Notes: generated by a model not told the origin, from the letters alone. Counted from the stretch's first letter, positions 12,600 through 26,126 are shown. The stretch: DNA of 64,000 nucleotides from Mobula birostris (GCF_030028105.1 NC_092396.1:24431474-24495473); one strand, 5' to 3'. Program-made: numbers and translations.

Positions 12600-12849
12600 G
12601 TAAGGGCCAGTGATTTTTATTACCTTTGCTAGAAGGGGAAAAAAACATTCTTGTCCATTCAAAATTGAGTAACAATAGACTGCAGGTTCTGCGGCAACGC
12701 ACAAAGTGCCATCAGGAAGCATCTGCGGAGGGAAATGTACGGTCAAGACACTTCACCTGGTCTGTTACTCTTGCCCGATTAGTTTGACAGCATTTGAAGG
12801 TTTCAGATAAATGAGTCCAATCATGAATGGTGCTGAGGATGAGGTAGTT

Positions 12850-15122
12850 GGTTTATAAACAGAGGCAGGTGTGTAGTGAGACTGCTAGCACGGGGAGATC
12901 GAGGAAAGGGCAAAATTGCAGTCAACAGGATGAGTTTGAATGTAATAGGTGGACAAAATCGAAAAGGGTGAATACAGAACTGAAGATGTTGTATTTGAAT
13001 TCACGCAACATACAGAATAAGGTAGATGAACTTGTCGCACAACTACAGGTTAGCAGGTATGGTGTTGTGGGCATCACTGAATCATGCTTGAAAGGAGATT
13101 ATAGCTGGGAGCTCAATATCCAAGGATACACATTGTATCGAAAGGACAGGCGGGGAGGCAGAGGGGGTGGCGTGGGCCTGTTGGTTTAAAAAAAATGAAA
13201 TCAAGTCATTAAAAAAAGGTGACAGCGGATTGGAAAGTGTTGAGTTATTGTGGGTAGAGTTAAGGAACTGAAAGGGTAAAAACTCCTTGATGGGAGTTAT
13301 ATACCAACCCCCAAACAGTAGTAAGGATATGGTCTACAAATTACAACAAGAGATGGAAATTGCTTGCCAAAAGGGCAATGTTACAAAAGTTGTGGGGATT
13401 TCAATATGCAGGTAAATTGGGAAAATCAGGTTGGTGCTGGATCCCAAGAGAGGGAAATTTCTGGAATGCACACGAGATGGCTTTTTGGAGCAGTTTATGG
13501 TTGAGCCCATTAGGGGATCAATTATTGTGGATTGGGTGTTGCGCAGTGAACCGGAATTGATTAGAGAGCTTAAAGTAAAGGAACCCTTTGGGGAAAGCAA
13601 TCATAATATGATCGAATTCACTCTGAAATTTGAGAAGCTAAAGTCAGATGTATCAGTATTACAGTGGAGTAAAGGGAATTACAGAGGCATATGAAAGGAG
13701 ATGGCTAAAACTGATTGGGAAAAGAACCCTGCAGGGATGATAGCAGAGCAGCAATGGCTGGAATTTCTGGTGCAATTAAGAAGGTGCAGGATATATACAC
13801 TCCAAGAGGAAGAAGTATTCTAAAGGCAAGATAACACAACCGTGGCTGATGAGAAGTCAAAGCCAACATAAAAGACAAACAATGGCATATAAAAGATTGG
13901 TGGGGTGTTAGAGGATTGGAAAGCTTTTAAAAACCAAAAGGAGGCAACTAAAAAGTCATTAAGAAGGAAAAGATGGCATACGAAGATAAGCTAGCCAATA
14001 ACAGAGGATGCCAAAAGTTTCTTCAGATACATAAAAGTGTAAAAGGGAAGTGAGAGTGCATATCAGACCACTGGAAAGTAATTCTGGAGAGATAGTAACA
14101 CACATAAAAGTTGCTGGTGAATGCAGCAGGCCAGGCAGCATCTCTAGGAAGTGCAGTCGACGTTTCAGGCCGAGACCCTTTGTCAAGACCTGACGAAGGG
14201 GCTCGGCCTGAAACGTCAGTCCTGACGAAGGGTCTCGGCCTGAAACATTGACTGCACCTCTTCCTAGAGATGCTGCCTGGCCTGCTGCGTTCACCAGAAA
14301 CTTTGATGTGTTTTGCTTGAATTTCCAGCATCTGCAGAATTCCTGTTGTCTGGAGAGATAGTAATGGGGGACAAGGAAATGGCAGACGAACTGAATAAGC
14401 ATTTTGCATCAGTCTTCACTGTGGAAGTCGCTCGCAGTATGGTTCAAGTTCAACTGCCAGGGGGCAGAAGTGTGTGAAATTGCCAGCACTAGGGTGAAGG
14501 TTCTTGGGAAACTGAAAGGCCTGTAGGTAGATAAGTTACCTGGACCAGACAGTATACAGTCTGGGTTCTGAAAGGGGTGGATGAAGAGATTGTGGAGGCA
14601 TTAATAATGACCTTTCAAAAATCAATTGTTTCTGGGATGGTTCTGGAGGAATGGAAAATTGTAAATGTTACCCCACTCTTCAAGAAGGGAGAGAGGCAGA
14701 AGAAGGGAAATTATAGGACAGTTAGTCTGATTTCAGTGGTTAGGAAGATGTTGGAGTCACTTGTTGAGGATGTAGTTTTGGGGTTTTTAGAGGCACATGA
14801 TAAAATAAGCCGCAGTCACCATGGTTTCCTCAAGGGAAAATCTTGCCTGACAAACCTGTTGGAATTCTTTGAAGAAATAAGAAGCAGGGTAGACAAAGGA
14901 GAATCGATGGGTGTTGTATACTTGGATTTTCAGAAGGCCTTTGACATGGTGCCACACATGAGGCTGCCTAACAAGCTAAGAGCACATAGTATTACAGGAA
15001 AGATACTAGCACAGATAAAGCAGTGGCTGATTGGCAGGAGGAAAAGAGTGGGAATAAAGGAAACTTTTTCTGGTTGGCTGCTGGTGGAACATAAGGGTCC
15101 GTGTTGGGACCACTTCTTTTTC
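12850..15122 (+). mobile_element. Decayed CR1 ORF2 (APE + N-terminal RT)
   Basis: LYLNSRNIQNKVDEL, GITES, GNYRTVSLIS, KSCLTNLLEFFEE and VYLDFQKAFD motifs. Confidence 0.9.
14099..14348 (+). mobile_element. Palindromic Penelope-pLTR-derived insert with three hammerhead cores and a 16-bp TSD
   Basis: TCTGGAGAGATAGTAA is duplicated at 14083-14098 and 14349-14364; inverted left arm; CTGACGA...GAAA cores at 14190 and 14222. Confidence 0.85.
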
Positions 15123-16363
15123 AATAGGTTTCAGTAGGTACTTTTCATGTCAGAGAAATGTATACAATATACATTCTGAAATTCTTTTTCTTCACAAACA
15201 TCCATGAAAACAGAGGAGTGTCCCAAAGAATGAATGACAGTTAAATGTTAGAACCCCAAAGCCCCCCCAGTCCCCCCCCAACACACAAGCAGCAGCAAAG
15301 CAACGAATCCCCCCTCTCTACCAGCAACAAAGCACCGGCACCCTCCCCACCAAGCACTCAAGCGTGCAGCAAAGCATCAGTAAAGACACAGACTTGCAGT
15401 ACCCCAAAGACTACTCGTCCAACCAGTAATTCGACACACCACAGGCTCTCTCTCTCCCGAACAAGGGAAAAAGACGTGTCCCCATTTCACAGCGAGAGGG
15501 GAGATGTAACAAACAACTCACTGATTTATGGTGTTAAAAGTCTGTTGCGTCGCTTTTTCCGAGTTCTGTGCCCAAAGAACTCGGGTCTCCATCACTTCCT
15601 TTGACATGTCCTTCCAAATGATCATCACTCTGTGTGGAGGAAAAACAGAAAATGAGATCTCTTTTGAATTTCTCCTTTCTCACCTTAAATCTATGTCCTC
15701 TACTTGTAGACTCCACTGACATAGGAAAGATACTCTGATTATCCACCCTATCTGTGCCCCTCATAATTTTTATAAACCCCTTAAGTTCACCTCTCAGTCT
15801 TCTACATTCCAGTGGGAATAAACCAATTTCTTATTGACCCTCCATTCTAGGCAACATCCTGCAGAATCTCTTCTGCATGCTTTCTAATGCTACCACATCC
15901 TCCCTGTAGTGCGCTGACCAGAACTGTGCATGATACTCCAGTGCGGCCTGAGCTTTTGTACGGCGGCAACGTGACATCCCAAATCAACGCTCTCCTTTTC
16001 AGATCCTGGACCTGAAACGTATGCTGTTTCTCTCTCCACAGATGCTGCCCAACCTGCTGAGTGTTTCAGGCATTTTGTGTTTTCTTCATGAGGGCTCTTG
16101 CTCTCAAAAATTGAGGGGAGACTTTGGGGAGATAAGATGGTCAGTAGACTACAAGACCATGAGTCATTGGAGCAGAATTAGGCCATTCGGCCCATCAAAT
16201 CTGCTCTGTCATTCCAGTATGGGCATTATCAGTCTCTGGAAGGTAGTAGACCTCTTTGAGCAGGGACATGAGTGTAGAGTGGGCATTGGGGAACAGCTGT
16301 GGGCTCTGTTGGTATTCAACGTTCAATGTAAATGTATTATCAAAGTACAATTATGTCACCATA

Positions 16364-16677
16364 TCAAAAAAAAGGCATCTGTTAGTCTTGCGAGACCATG
16401 GATCTGCACCTGGAAAGTCTTCACTCTCCAGGGCGCAGGCCTGGGCAAGGTCGCATGGAAGACCCATGCTGCAAGTCTCCCCTCTCCATGACACTGATGT
16501 TGTCCAAGGGAAGGGCATTAGGACCCATACAGCTTGGCACCAGTGTCGTCGCAGAGCAATGTGTGGTTAAGTGCCTTGCTCAAGGACACAGCATGCTGCT
16601 GCCTCGGCTGGGGCTTGAACTCACGACCTTCAGATCGCTAGTCGAACGCCTTAACCACTTGGCCACGTGCCCACACA
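16364..16677 (-). mobile_element. tRNA-headed CORE-type SINE with 12-bp TSD
   Basis: Minus strand: GGCACGTGGCCAAGTGG (A box), GAGTTCAAGCC (B box), CORE-like tgtgtccttgagcaaggcacttaacc; TSD TATGTCACCATA at 16352 and 16678. Confidence 0.85.
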
Positions 16678-17114
16678 TATGTCACCATACACTACACTGA
16701 GACTCATTTTTTGTGGGCATTCATAGAAACACAATAGAATCAGTGAAAGCCTGAACATAAACAATGACAAACATTGTGCAAATTTAAAAAAAGAAAAATC
16801 AAAATAATAATAATAAATAAGTAAATAATATTGAGAACATGAGTCCTTGAAAGTGAGTCCATAGGTTGTGGAATCAGTTCAGTGTTGGGGTGAGTGACGT
16901 TATCCACACTGGTTCAAGAGCCTGATGACTGCGGGGTAATAACTGTTCCTGAACCTGGCTGTATAGGACATGAGGCTCCTGTACCACCTTCCCAATTGCA
17001 GCGGCAAGAAGAGAGCAAGACCTCTCTTGATGGGGGTCCTTGAAGATGGATGCTGCTTTCCTGGGGCAGCGTTCCTCGTAGATGTGTTCAGTGGTGGGAG
17101 GGCTTTACCCGTGA

Positions 17115-17627
<513 letters not shown>

Positions 17628-19319
17628 TGAGGGCAAAGCTGTCTATTTTATCCACTGGCTGTGAAGTGTAAGGGGAAACTGTTCCATGACACCTAGGTTA
17701 ATGTATCAGTTGAGGAGATGTACAGGTCAATGTGGTCATGGTCTGGATTCCAAATCGGGGCAGAATGTCTATCCCAAGGTTAAAGAAGAAAAGAAAAAGC
17801 AACAGTCACAAAGTTCTCATCTTGATAGCTATTCAGTGACACTTGGGGACTGCAGCAGAGAGCTGAGGAGTGGAATGAGCAATCAGTGCAACTAATAAAG
17901 TTCTACTACCTATGGTTAGGTGTAAAAGAGAGTTGTGACCTGGATGGGAGCCAGTAGCGTTGGAAGGGAATCAAAATCTTTCTGGGAAAAGGGGCGTGTT
18001 AGAAAAGTTTCCGTAGTGGATAATTCTGTCTGTTTGAGGTGTTTCCCCAGTTTGGTCTGGCTCTGGTGCTCCCTTTGCAGCCTGCCAGCTTTGTAAACTG
18101 TTCTAAATGTGGCTGTAATTTGGGAGACGAGGATATTTTGACTTGGTGTGTTGATAGTTTCCCCTCCACCCTGCCCCACAAAGAGTGTGGACTGTGCCTG
18201 GTCAAAGAGACATGTGTCCACCAGCTTTTAAAAACATCTCGATGAACTCCTGATGTACTTAGGCAGAGAGGGAAATAGATCAGGATCTGGGAAATGGGAC
18301 TCTTCAATTCAAGTTTAATTATCATTCGACCGTACATGAATACAGCCAAGCGAAACGGAGTTCCACTGGGGCCAAGGTGCAAAACGTACACAGCACATTC
18401 AAAATAGTGAGCGCGCGCACACAGTCACGCAAAAAAAAAACATAGCCAAGTCCTGGAGTGACGTGTCCCGCAAATTGATGGTTCAGTTCCTTGTAGTGTG
18501 CAGACAAAACATATGCACGCAATCCGGCCTGACATTCCACCGATCGAACACTGGGGGGCAGCACCGGTTGGAGAGGCCAGCCCCCGGCCGAACATAGATG
18601 ACACGCTACACCACCTCCAGCCTGTCCTCTCCTGGACCGCAGCAGCAGGCAAGCCTGCAGCTGGAGGCCTAGCCCTTGTAACAACTGAGGCCACACGGCT
18701 CCCCTGCCATCTGTCCTGTCAGCAAGTAACAGAACCAGGCCTGCGGCACTTTACATTATCAATGTCCAACAGGGTCTCACGATCGGAAGGTAAAAGGTCC
18801 AAGACAGTCACCCACGGTTACACTGTGCGCTGCCTTCACACACTGACTTTAATGCCTTCCTGTAGCGGGCAGCAACACAGTCCAGCTCCTCCGACCAATG
18901 AACAACTCACTGATGAGGTAGACCTGCAGTACCCAAAGTTCTTGGAGTCCAGCATTGTCTTGTGATCATTTTAAATAACAAAAACACTTATCAGAGAAAA
19001 GAAAGCGCCTTTGGTTGGCCCCTGAGAGGCCGTTGTATCCGTATGCACTACAGTCTTACCGGAAGTCCGGAAATCTTGTCGAGGGGTGACCACTGGCTAG
19101 GGTAGATGAGCTGGCCTGAAAGGCTGGTTGCCATTGCAACACAATTGTGTGGTTTGATACGCTCACAGCAAGAGTAATCAGACTGAGTTTTCAGGGAGGA
19201 ATAGAGATACATCTGTACTCTTGTATGGCCATTTCCTCTTTCTCTTGTCCCACCAGTCACCGCAGGACCTTCGGGGACCTCTGTGCTATTCTTTGGAACT
19301 CTGCACCCTGTCTATGTGG

Positions 19320-19812
19320 AAACCATGGAAAGGGTACAGAGGAGATTCACAAGGATGTTGCCTGGATTGGGGAGCATGCCTTATGAGAATAGGTTGAGTG
19401 AACTCAGCCTTTTCTCCTTGGAGTGACGGAGGATGAGAGGTGACCTGATAGAGGTGTATAAGATGATGAGAGGCATTGATCGTGTGGATAGTCAGAGGCT
19501 TTTTCCCAGGGCTGAAATGGCAGGCACGAGAGGACACAGATTTAAGGTGCTGGGGAGTAGATACAGAGGAGATGTCAGGGGTAAGTTTTTTTACTCAGAG
19601 TGGTGAGTGCATGGAATGGGCTGCCAGCAACGGTGGTGGAGGCGAATACGATAGGGTCTTTTCACAGACTTTTAGAGAGGTACATGGAGCTCAGTAAAAT
19701 AGAGGGCTATAGGTAAGCCTAGTAATTTCTAAGGTAGGGACATGTTCGGCACAACTCTGTGGGCTGAAGAGCCTGTAATGTGCTGTAGGCTTTCTGTGTT
19801 TCTATGTTTCTA
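19320..19812 (+). mobile_element. CR1 3' fragment
   Basis: RT C-terminal remnant plus a ttctatgtttcta tail; same subfamily as 54835-55597 and 38437-38724. Confidence 0.85.
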
Positions 19813-20697
19813 ACTGTTTCCTAAATGTGCTTGTTTACAACTCTTAGACATCATGCCCTTGACTTAGCCGTCCCGTGTTCATCTGCTCATCCCTGCTTCA
19901 ATATTTAGTTTTGCTCAGCCTATTACACAGGATTTGATAACACACAGCGGGTGATTGAAGCCAACCAGAGCCAGAGAGAGTGTTCTATACAGGCCCCTAT
20001 CCATGTTTTTTAATTCCATCCTATCAGTAAACCCTCTGATTCCACTCTTCCTAAAATGCACCGATACCAGTCACCCCAAATACTTCTCACTTCAGCAGGT
20101 TCTGTGTAAGGTTTGCTCGGTGAGCAGGGTTTCTCTTTGAGTTTTTTTACTTGGATTTATTAGTGATTATCCTGTGATTATGGCCTCGATCTTTGGATTT
20201 CCTCACAGCTGAAATACCTTCAATGTTTAAATTAAATTGGATAGCTATATGGACAGGAAAGGAATGGAGGGTTATGGGCCGAGTGCGGGTCGGTGGGACT
20301 AGGTGAGAGTAAGAGTTCGGCACGGACTGGAAGGGCCGAGATGGCCTGTTTCCATGCTGTAATTGTTATATGGTTACATGGTTTCTACTGTATAGCAAAC
20401 TTCCTTAATTTTATCAAGTTCAAACAGGTTTTCTTTTCGGGGAGTGGAAGTGGCACTTCCGGTATCTCTCGTTAGCTGGAAAATCTCGCCTCTGGTTTCA
20501 TTGTTGCAGCTTTCACATCTTTGCTTTCTTGCTCATAGGAGGCCATTCAGCCCATTGAGTCGATTCCATCTTCCAGAGTAGTCCATTCCTTGCCATCTTC
20601 CTTGTAATCTAATTCTCTCTCTCCCCATCAACTCCCTTCGCTGCTCCCTGACTCTATCGTTCACTTGCACACTACGCTGGCCCATTGTGTCTTTGGG

Positions 20698-20980
20698 ATT
20701 TTATTTATTTAGCGGTACAGTGTGAAACAGGACCTTCGAGCCACTCTGCCCAGCAACCCCCGATTTAACCCAATCCAAATCAAGGGACAATTTACAAAGA
20801 CCAATCAACCTACTAACCGGTACGTCTTTGGACTGTGGGAGGAAACCGGAGCACCCGGAGGAAACCCGCACATTCCACAGGGAGGATGTACAGCTCCTTA
20901 CAGAGGCAGCCAGGATTGAACTCTGAACTTCGATGCCCCGAGCTGTAAAAGTGAGGTGTTAATTGCCAAACCACCGTGTG
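20698..20980 (-). mobile_element. V-SINE (HE1-like)
   Basis: Reverse complement of the same V-domain (gtctttggactgtgggaggaaaccggagcacccggaggaaaccc). Confidence 0.8.
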
Positions 20981-21859
20981 TTTGGGGGTGGGGGGTCGGG
21001 CAGAGGAACAAAGGCACCTGAGAGAAGCTCGTGTGTTTTTTTTTTGGGAAAACATGTAAACTCCATTCAGACAGCACTCGTGGTCAGGATAAACTTGGCT
21101 CACTGGAACGATGAGGTAGTAACACAACTCTGCCATAGCTTCCCTGTCCTTTACAGTGCAACATCTGGTCTTAAAATGTTCTGTTGAGTGTCCTTCATGT
21201 ATAAGGCTCCAGATTTATTTAACATAAACTCTCCACTTGAAATGAATGCCTGTGTAATGTCCGGATATTTTGATAGTAAATGTATTGCTACTTCGGAGCA
21301 TAAATCTGTTTCCCAGTTCTCTCTATGGTAGAGATTCTACATAAATGCAAGTTCTAACAGTGAGAGTCCACATTACTCTAGCTTTTATCATTGGTTTATT
21401 ATTGAATGTATTGAGAGACAGTGAAGCATTTTTATATATTTGTGTTCCATCCAGAGGGATGATGTGATACATCGGTATTTTGAGGTAAAGAGAAAAATAG
21501 AATGTGGAAATATAATGCATATAAAATGTTGTGACTGTGTACAAGGTCACCGGCGAGACACTGAAGCTGGTGGGTATAGAAGTCTTTCTTCAGCAAAATG
21601 AGCAACAGGCATCACATCCGAGACACCCTTGGAAGAAGTGGCCTGCCTGACCCAATATTACATGATATGTTATACGCTGAAGATCAAAGGTAACAATGGG
21701 ACAATTCTGTCGTAACAATCTAACTACAATGCTTCCTTTGGATTACATACATTTTTCAAACACTTGCATCTTGACACTGACACCCCAGACACCCAAAATG
21801 AATGCTAATTCCCACTGACTCTGGGCCGCATTCATGCAGGTGTAGGCACTCGATGTCAA

Positions 21860-22250
21860 ATGCAATTGAATTCTCCAACTTTCGGTAATTCCCTCCTCCT
21901 CCCTTCCCCCATCCCAGTTTCACTCTGCCCCCTCCCCCAGCTGCCTATCACCTCCTTCATGGTTCCGCCTCCTTCTACTACCCATTGTGCTTTCCCCTAT
22001 TCCTCCTTCACCTTTCCTGCCTATCACCTCCCTGCTTCCCCTCCCCCACCCCTTTATCTTTCCCCTTACTGGTTTTTCACCTGGAACCTACCAGCCTTCT
22101 CCTTCCCACCTTCTTTATAGGGCCTCTGCCCCTTCCCTCTTCAGTCCTAACGAAGGGTTCTGGCCCAAAACATTGACTGATCATTTTCACGGATGCTGCC
22201 CGACCTGCTGAGTTCCCCCAGCATGTTGTGAGTGTTGCAGTGTTTCTTTG
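21860..22250 (+). mobile_element. Penelope-like 3'UTR/pLTR fragment with decayed hammerhead (22141-22180)
   Basis: Pyrimidine-rich tract, then cagtcctaacgaagggttctggcccaaaacattgactg and the gatgctgcc...ccagca arm. Confidence 0.65.
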
Positions 22251-22602
22251 TTTGCCATTGACCCCAAAATGCAGCTCCAGGAAGACCATTGTTCAGAGCT
22301 GCATTTTAAACTCAACCTACAATCCATGTTCAGGTCTGAAGGCCGGCTGCTGGTGAAATTAGTATCTGCTATATAACACAGCTCCAGAATCCCTGACATT
22401 AGCGATGCAATAGAAAGTGTGGAGCACATAGGCACAGTGCGAGGGCCATGACAGTGGACTGGGAGATCAAGATTTGATCTTTCAGAGTATGAGAGGTCTG
22501 ATAACGGCGGAATAGATGGCTGTCCTTTGGTCTGGTGGTACGTGATCTCCCATTTGTGTAATTGCTGACGACCCTGTGAGTTATTTTTTCCTATTGTTTC
22601 AG

Positions 22603-22793
22603 AAGAGCAGAAGCAGCACCCAAGCGAGCAGATGGCTTACCAGACGGTGGGTGTGAGGATGGGCGGGCTGCTGATCCTAACCCTGACGGTGGGGAGATGG
22701 ATAGATGTGGCCCACGTGCTGCTGTCCGTGTTTGGGGAAATGTGGTGCCTGGTCCAGGCCGGGGCAATGTTGGAGATCTGCAGACAACAACAG
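22603..22793 (+). CDS. TMEM82: TMEM82 coding exon 5 (EQKQHPSEQMAYQTVGVRMGGLLILTLTVGRW...LEICRQQQ)
   Basis: Polypyrimidine tract + ag|AA, donor CAG|GTGAGT; matches TMEM82 QTVLVRMGGL...TVGRW...GELWCLV. Confidence 0.93.
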
Positions 22794-23698
22794 GTGAGTA
22801 AACCCTTCTCATTCTCTCGGTCACCGGCTTTGAGCTGCAGGGCCATCGCTAATGATGAGCGCGCCAAGACTTTGATCTGATTTGTATCTTTAAATATTAT
22901 TTCATTGACCCGGAGAGAGTAGTTATTCCTCGGGGTTTAATCATGGACAGGTAAATTTTGGGGCGAACTCCCTTTGGATATTAGTTGCGAGCCAACTGAA
23001 AATTGCTGCATTCTTTCTGATTGCTGCGTTAGTCTGTTACTTTGAAATGGTTAAACAATAAAATTAGGATGCTGGGATCAGGCCAGTGGCTGGCATGAGC
23101 CGGTCTATGCAGTGATGCCCTGTAAGCTGTTGCTGCGAACCATGGGCAGAGCCTTTGCACAGATTTTTAGAGATCTTTCTGATCGTCTGAAGCATCACCG
23201 TAAAATCAATTAATTGCGGGCTTTGCCTTAGCTTTTTGAATTTTTTTTTAAAGTTGCTGCTATTTCTATATTTCTGTTTCCCTCTCAGATAAACAACAGT
23301 TGTGTGTGTTTTCACACAGGGGAAGCATCAACAGGGTAGGCACATCCCTCCATGTTCATACTTGATCATGTCTGCATCTACCCGTATTTGTTAGTTACAG
23401 TCAGAGCTACAGCGCGGGAAACGGTCTTCCAGCAGATGAGTCACGAGAATCAATCAGCCATTTACACTAATTGTACATTAATATTCTTCCGTGTTTATAA
23501 CTCAGTTGCATTTATTTGCCCCGAGTCTCCTTTCCTGGCGTTTGAATTATTTTTCGAGGTTTGGTAACATTTAATGGGTTATAATTTCCCTACCTTGCCT
23601 GCAGGGATTAAGCGGGAGGAAGGCTGGGAAGTGACACCGGACCGAACCGACCCGCTTCTACTAATCACGGACCTGTGTTGGGTGCCTGAGAACTGAAG

Positions 23699-23743
23699 TG
23701 TGTGTGTGAGTGTGAGAGAGAGAGAGTGTGTGTGAGTGTGTGT

Positions 23744-23785
<42 letters not shown>
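23699..23785. repeat. (GT)n/(GA)n microsatellite upstream of the last TMEM82 exon
   Basis: Directly visible. Confidence 0.95.
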
Positions 23786-23787
<2 letters not shown>

Positions 23788-23858
23788 CAGCACCTTCAGA
23801 CCCAGCGGAATTTAACATCAGGGCAAGTTTTAATCGGCGTTTCCGTGCTGTTTTATAG

Positions 23859-23948
23859 GATCCCTCAAGCCCCCGTCACAGAAGACAACCTCGGCTCGGC
23901 GCGCAGAGGAGACCGAAAGAAATTGACGGTCAAACTTCAGATTATTAA
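23859..23948 (+). CDS. TMEM82: TMEM82 probable last coding exon (DPSSPRHRRQPRLGAQRRPKEIDGQTSDY*)
   Basis: Acceptor ttttatag|GAT in phase 0, TAA at 23946-23948; gives a 340-aa protein, close to the recalled human length. The tail is poorly conserved, so this exon is less certain. Confidence 0.7.
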   Translation, partial: DPSSPRHRRQPRLGAQRRPKEIDGQTSDY

Positions 23949-25114
23949 AGACAGCAGCTCACTGTGAAGTTGACTATTTCAACATGTTTTTTTACAGTAT
24001 TTGTAACAACTCGGAGGGAAGAGAAAAGTTGCCGACAGTCAAACTCTAAAACAATAATTCTCTCAAAAACAGGGGTTTGTTGGTGACGATGAAGAGGTGG
24101 AGGGATTGGTTATTAATTACCCGGAGGCATCTCCTTGAAACAACTTCTGGGAATCTCAAACAGTTCAGTAAATAGTATGTGTTTGTGGGAGGAGGCAGCT
24201 CCCTGCATTGACTCTGCTACTTTCCATTTTTGCAACCCCTCCCCCCAACCACAAGTATTTTTTAAATAGAGCGGTGTGCTGCAATTTCCTTGGATCATGC
24301 AAGCTAAGGGGGGGACAGAAACATTTCTTATATTCAAATCGTTACTTATCTGTAAAAATGGTGATTGTTGATTATTTCTGGTTGTCTTGGGGTCTATGCT
24401 CAGCCTTGCTTGCTACATTAAGACTTCTGGCTGATTCAAATTTTTCGGCTGAGATTTCTCCACAAATGTATTTACCTTCCCCTCTCATCTGCAAGGTGCA
24501 AAAAAAAATTGCAGGAAAAAGAAAATATTTGATGTCACATAAAAATGGGATGTTATTTATTCATGGATAATATTTCTGACATTATTTCTGTCCAGTATCG
24601 CCTCTGAGGGACTTCTCAGTAAGCTAGGACGTAAACCAACACAAATATGTTAAACCATTAAATCGAGAAAGTCTTGCAGATGCTGGAAATCCAAAGAGAC
24701 ACCTACAAAGTGCTGGAGGAACTCAGCAGGTTGGGCAGCGTTGGACTGCCCGAGTTTTCAGAGAAACTTGTGGTAATGACGTTTGTGTCCGCTAGGTGGT
24801 GAGGCCGGTCTTGTTGGGTTAATTTCTTTACATTATCGTTTTATTCCCCTCAAATGCATTTGCTTTTCTCTCTCATCTGCAAGGTGCGAAAAAAAATGCC
24901 GGGGAGAGAAAGTATTTGACGCCAAATGAAAACGTTATTTATTCAGAGATAACATATACTGTTATTTATTTCTGACTAGTCTTGCCTCTAAGCACAGCAG
25001 AGCAAAGAGCAAGCTACACTTTGAAATCCAGCGACAAGCTAAAGAAATACCATGGACCTGCATCTGAAAAGGCCATCAGTGAACTGTAACCCCGCTCTTG
25101 CTCTGTCTGATGGT

Positions 25115-25120
25115 AATAAA
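25115..25120 (+). terminator. Candidate TMEM82 polyadenylation signal AATAAA
   Basis: Canonical hexamer ~1.2 kb after the stop, followed by GT/T-rich sequence. Confidence 0.35.
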
Positions 25121-25285
25121 CACGCTTTCCCAGTGCTCTCTCAGTGTTAGGTTTTGAGGGCTGTGAGAGGTGTAATTCCACTTACATGGGTCAATTCAGC
25201 CAGGTTTTTATGTGAACACACGAGCAACTCACCCATAATAAAACCTTGTCCCAATTAAATAATTCAGGTGTTATAAACCAGTCTA

Positions 25286-25853
25286 CACTCAGTGGGCACT
25301 TTACTGGGTATCTCCTGTACCTAATAAAGTGGCCACAAAGTGTATGTTAGTGGTCTTTTTCTGCTGTGACCCATCCACTTCAATGTTCAATGTGTTGTGC
25401 GTTCAGAGATGCTCTTCTGCACACCACTGTGGTAACTTGTAGTTATTTGAGTTACTGTCGCCTTCCTGTCAGCTTGAACCAGTCTGGCCATTCTCCTCTG
25501 ACCTCTCTCCTCTCTCATTAATAAGGCGTTTTCACCCATAGAACTGCTGCTCACTGGATTTTTTTTTGTTTTTGCCCCGTTCTCTGTAAACTCTAGAGGT
25601 TGCTGTGCATGAAAATTCCAGGAGATCAGCGATTTCCGAGATACTCAAACCACCCCGTTTGGCACCAACAGTCATTCCACAGTTAACGTCATTTAGACCA
25701 CATTTCTTCCCTCATTCTGATGTTTGGTCTGAACAACAATTGAACCTCTCGACCATGTTGGTATGCTTTTATGTATTAAGTTGCTGCCCCATGATTGGCT
25801 GAGTATATATTTGCATTAACAAGTGGGTGTACCGAATAAAATGGCCACTGCAT
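25286..25853. mobile_element. Non-autonomous Tc1/mariner-like DNA transposon
   Basis: TA|CACTCAGTGGGCACTTTA... left end and ...TACCGAATAAAATGGCCACTGCA(TA) right end are imperfect inverted repeats; no ORF. Confidence 0.7.
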
Positions 25854-26126
25854 ATATTAATCTGAATACGCTGTTGAGGAGGAGAGGTTAATTGTCAATT
25901 CACAAAAACTTCCCCTCAGGACAAAACACATAATTTAATCATTCATATAATTTAATCTGGGTTATTACATGCCATTATTTTTGCTGAAGTATTTGTGTAA
26001 GATGCAGGGAGGGCTCGCCCAAGGCACACATGGTTAATCTGATGATCTGGTCCATGGAATCACGTGTAAGGCCTGGGCTTCAGGTGATTCACTGTGTGTG
26101 CGTAAAATGATCTGCAGCCATTCCCC

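Noticed and set aside
16600-16672. tRNA genes at SINE heads (also 29220-29291, 45190-45259, 53712-53790)
   Set aside because: A/B boxes are present but continue into SINE bodies; no complete acceptor stem or clean cloverleaf.
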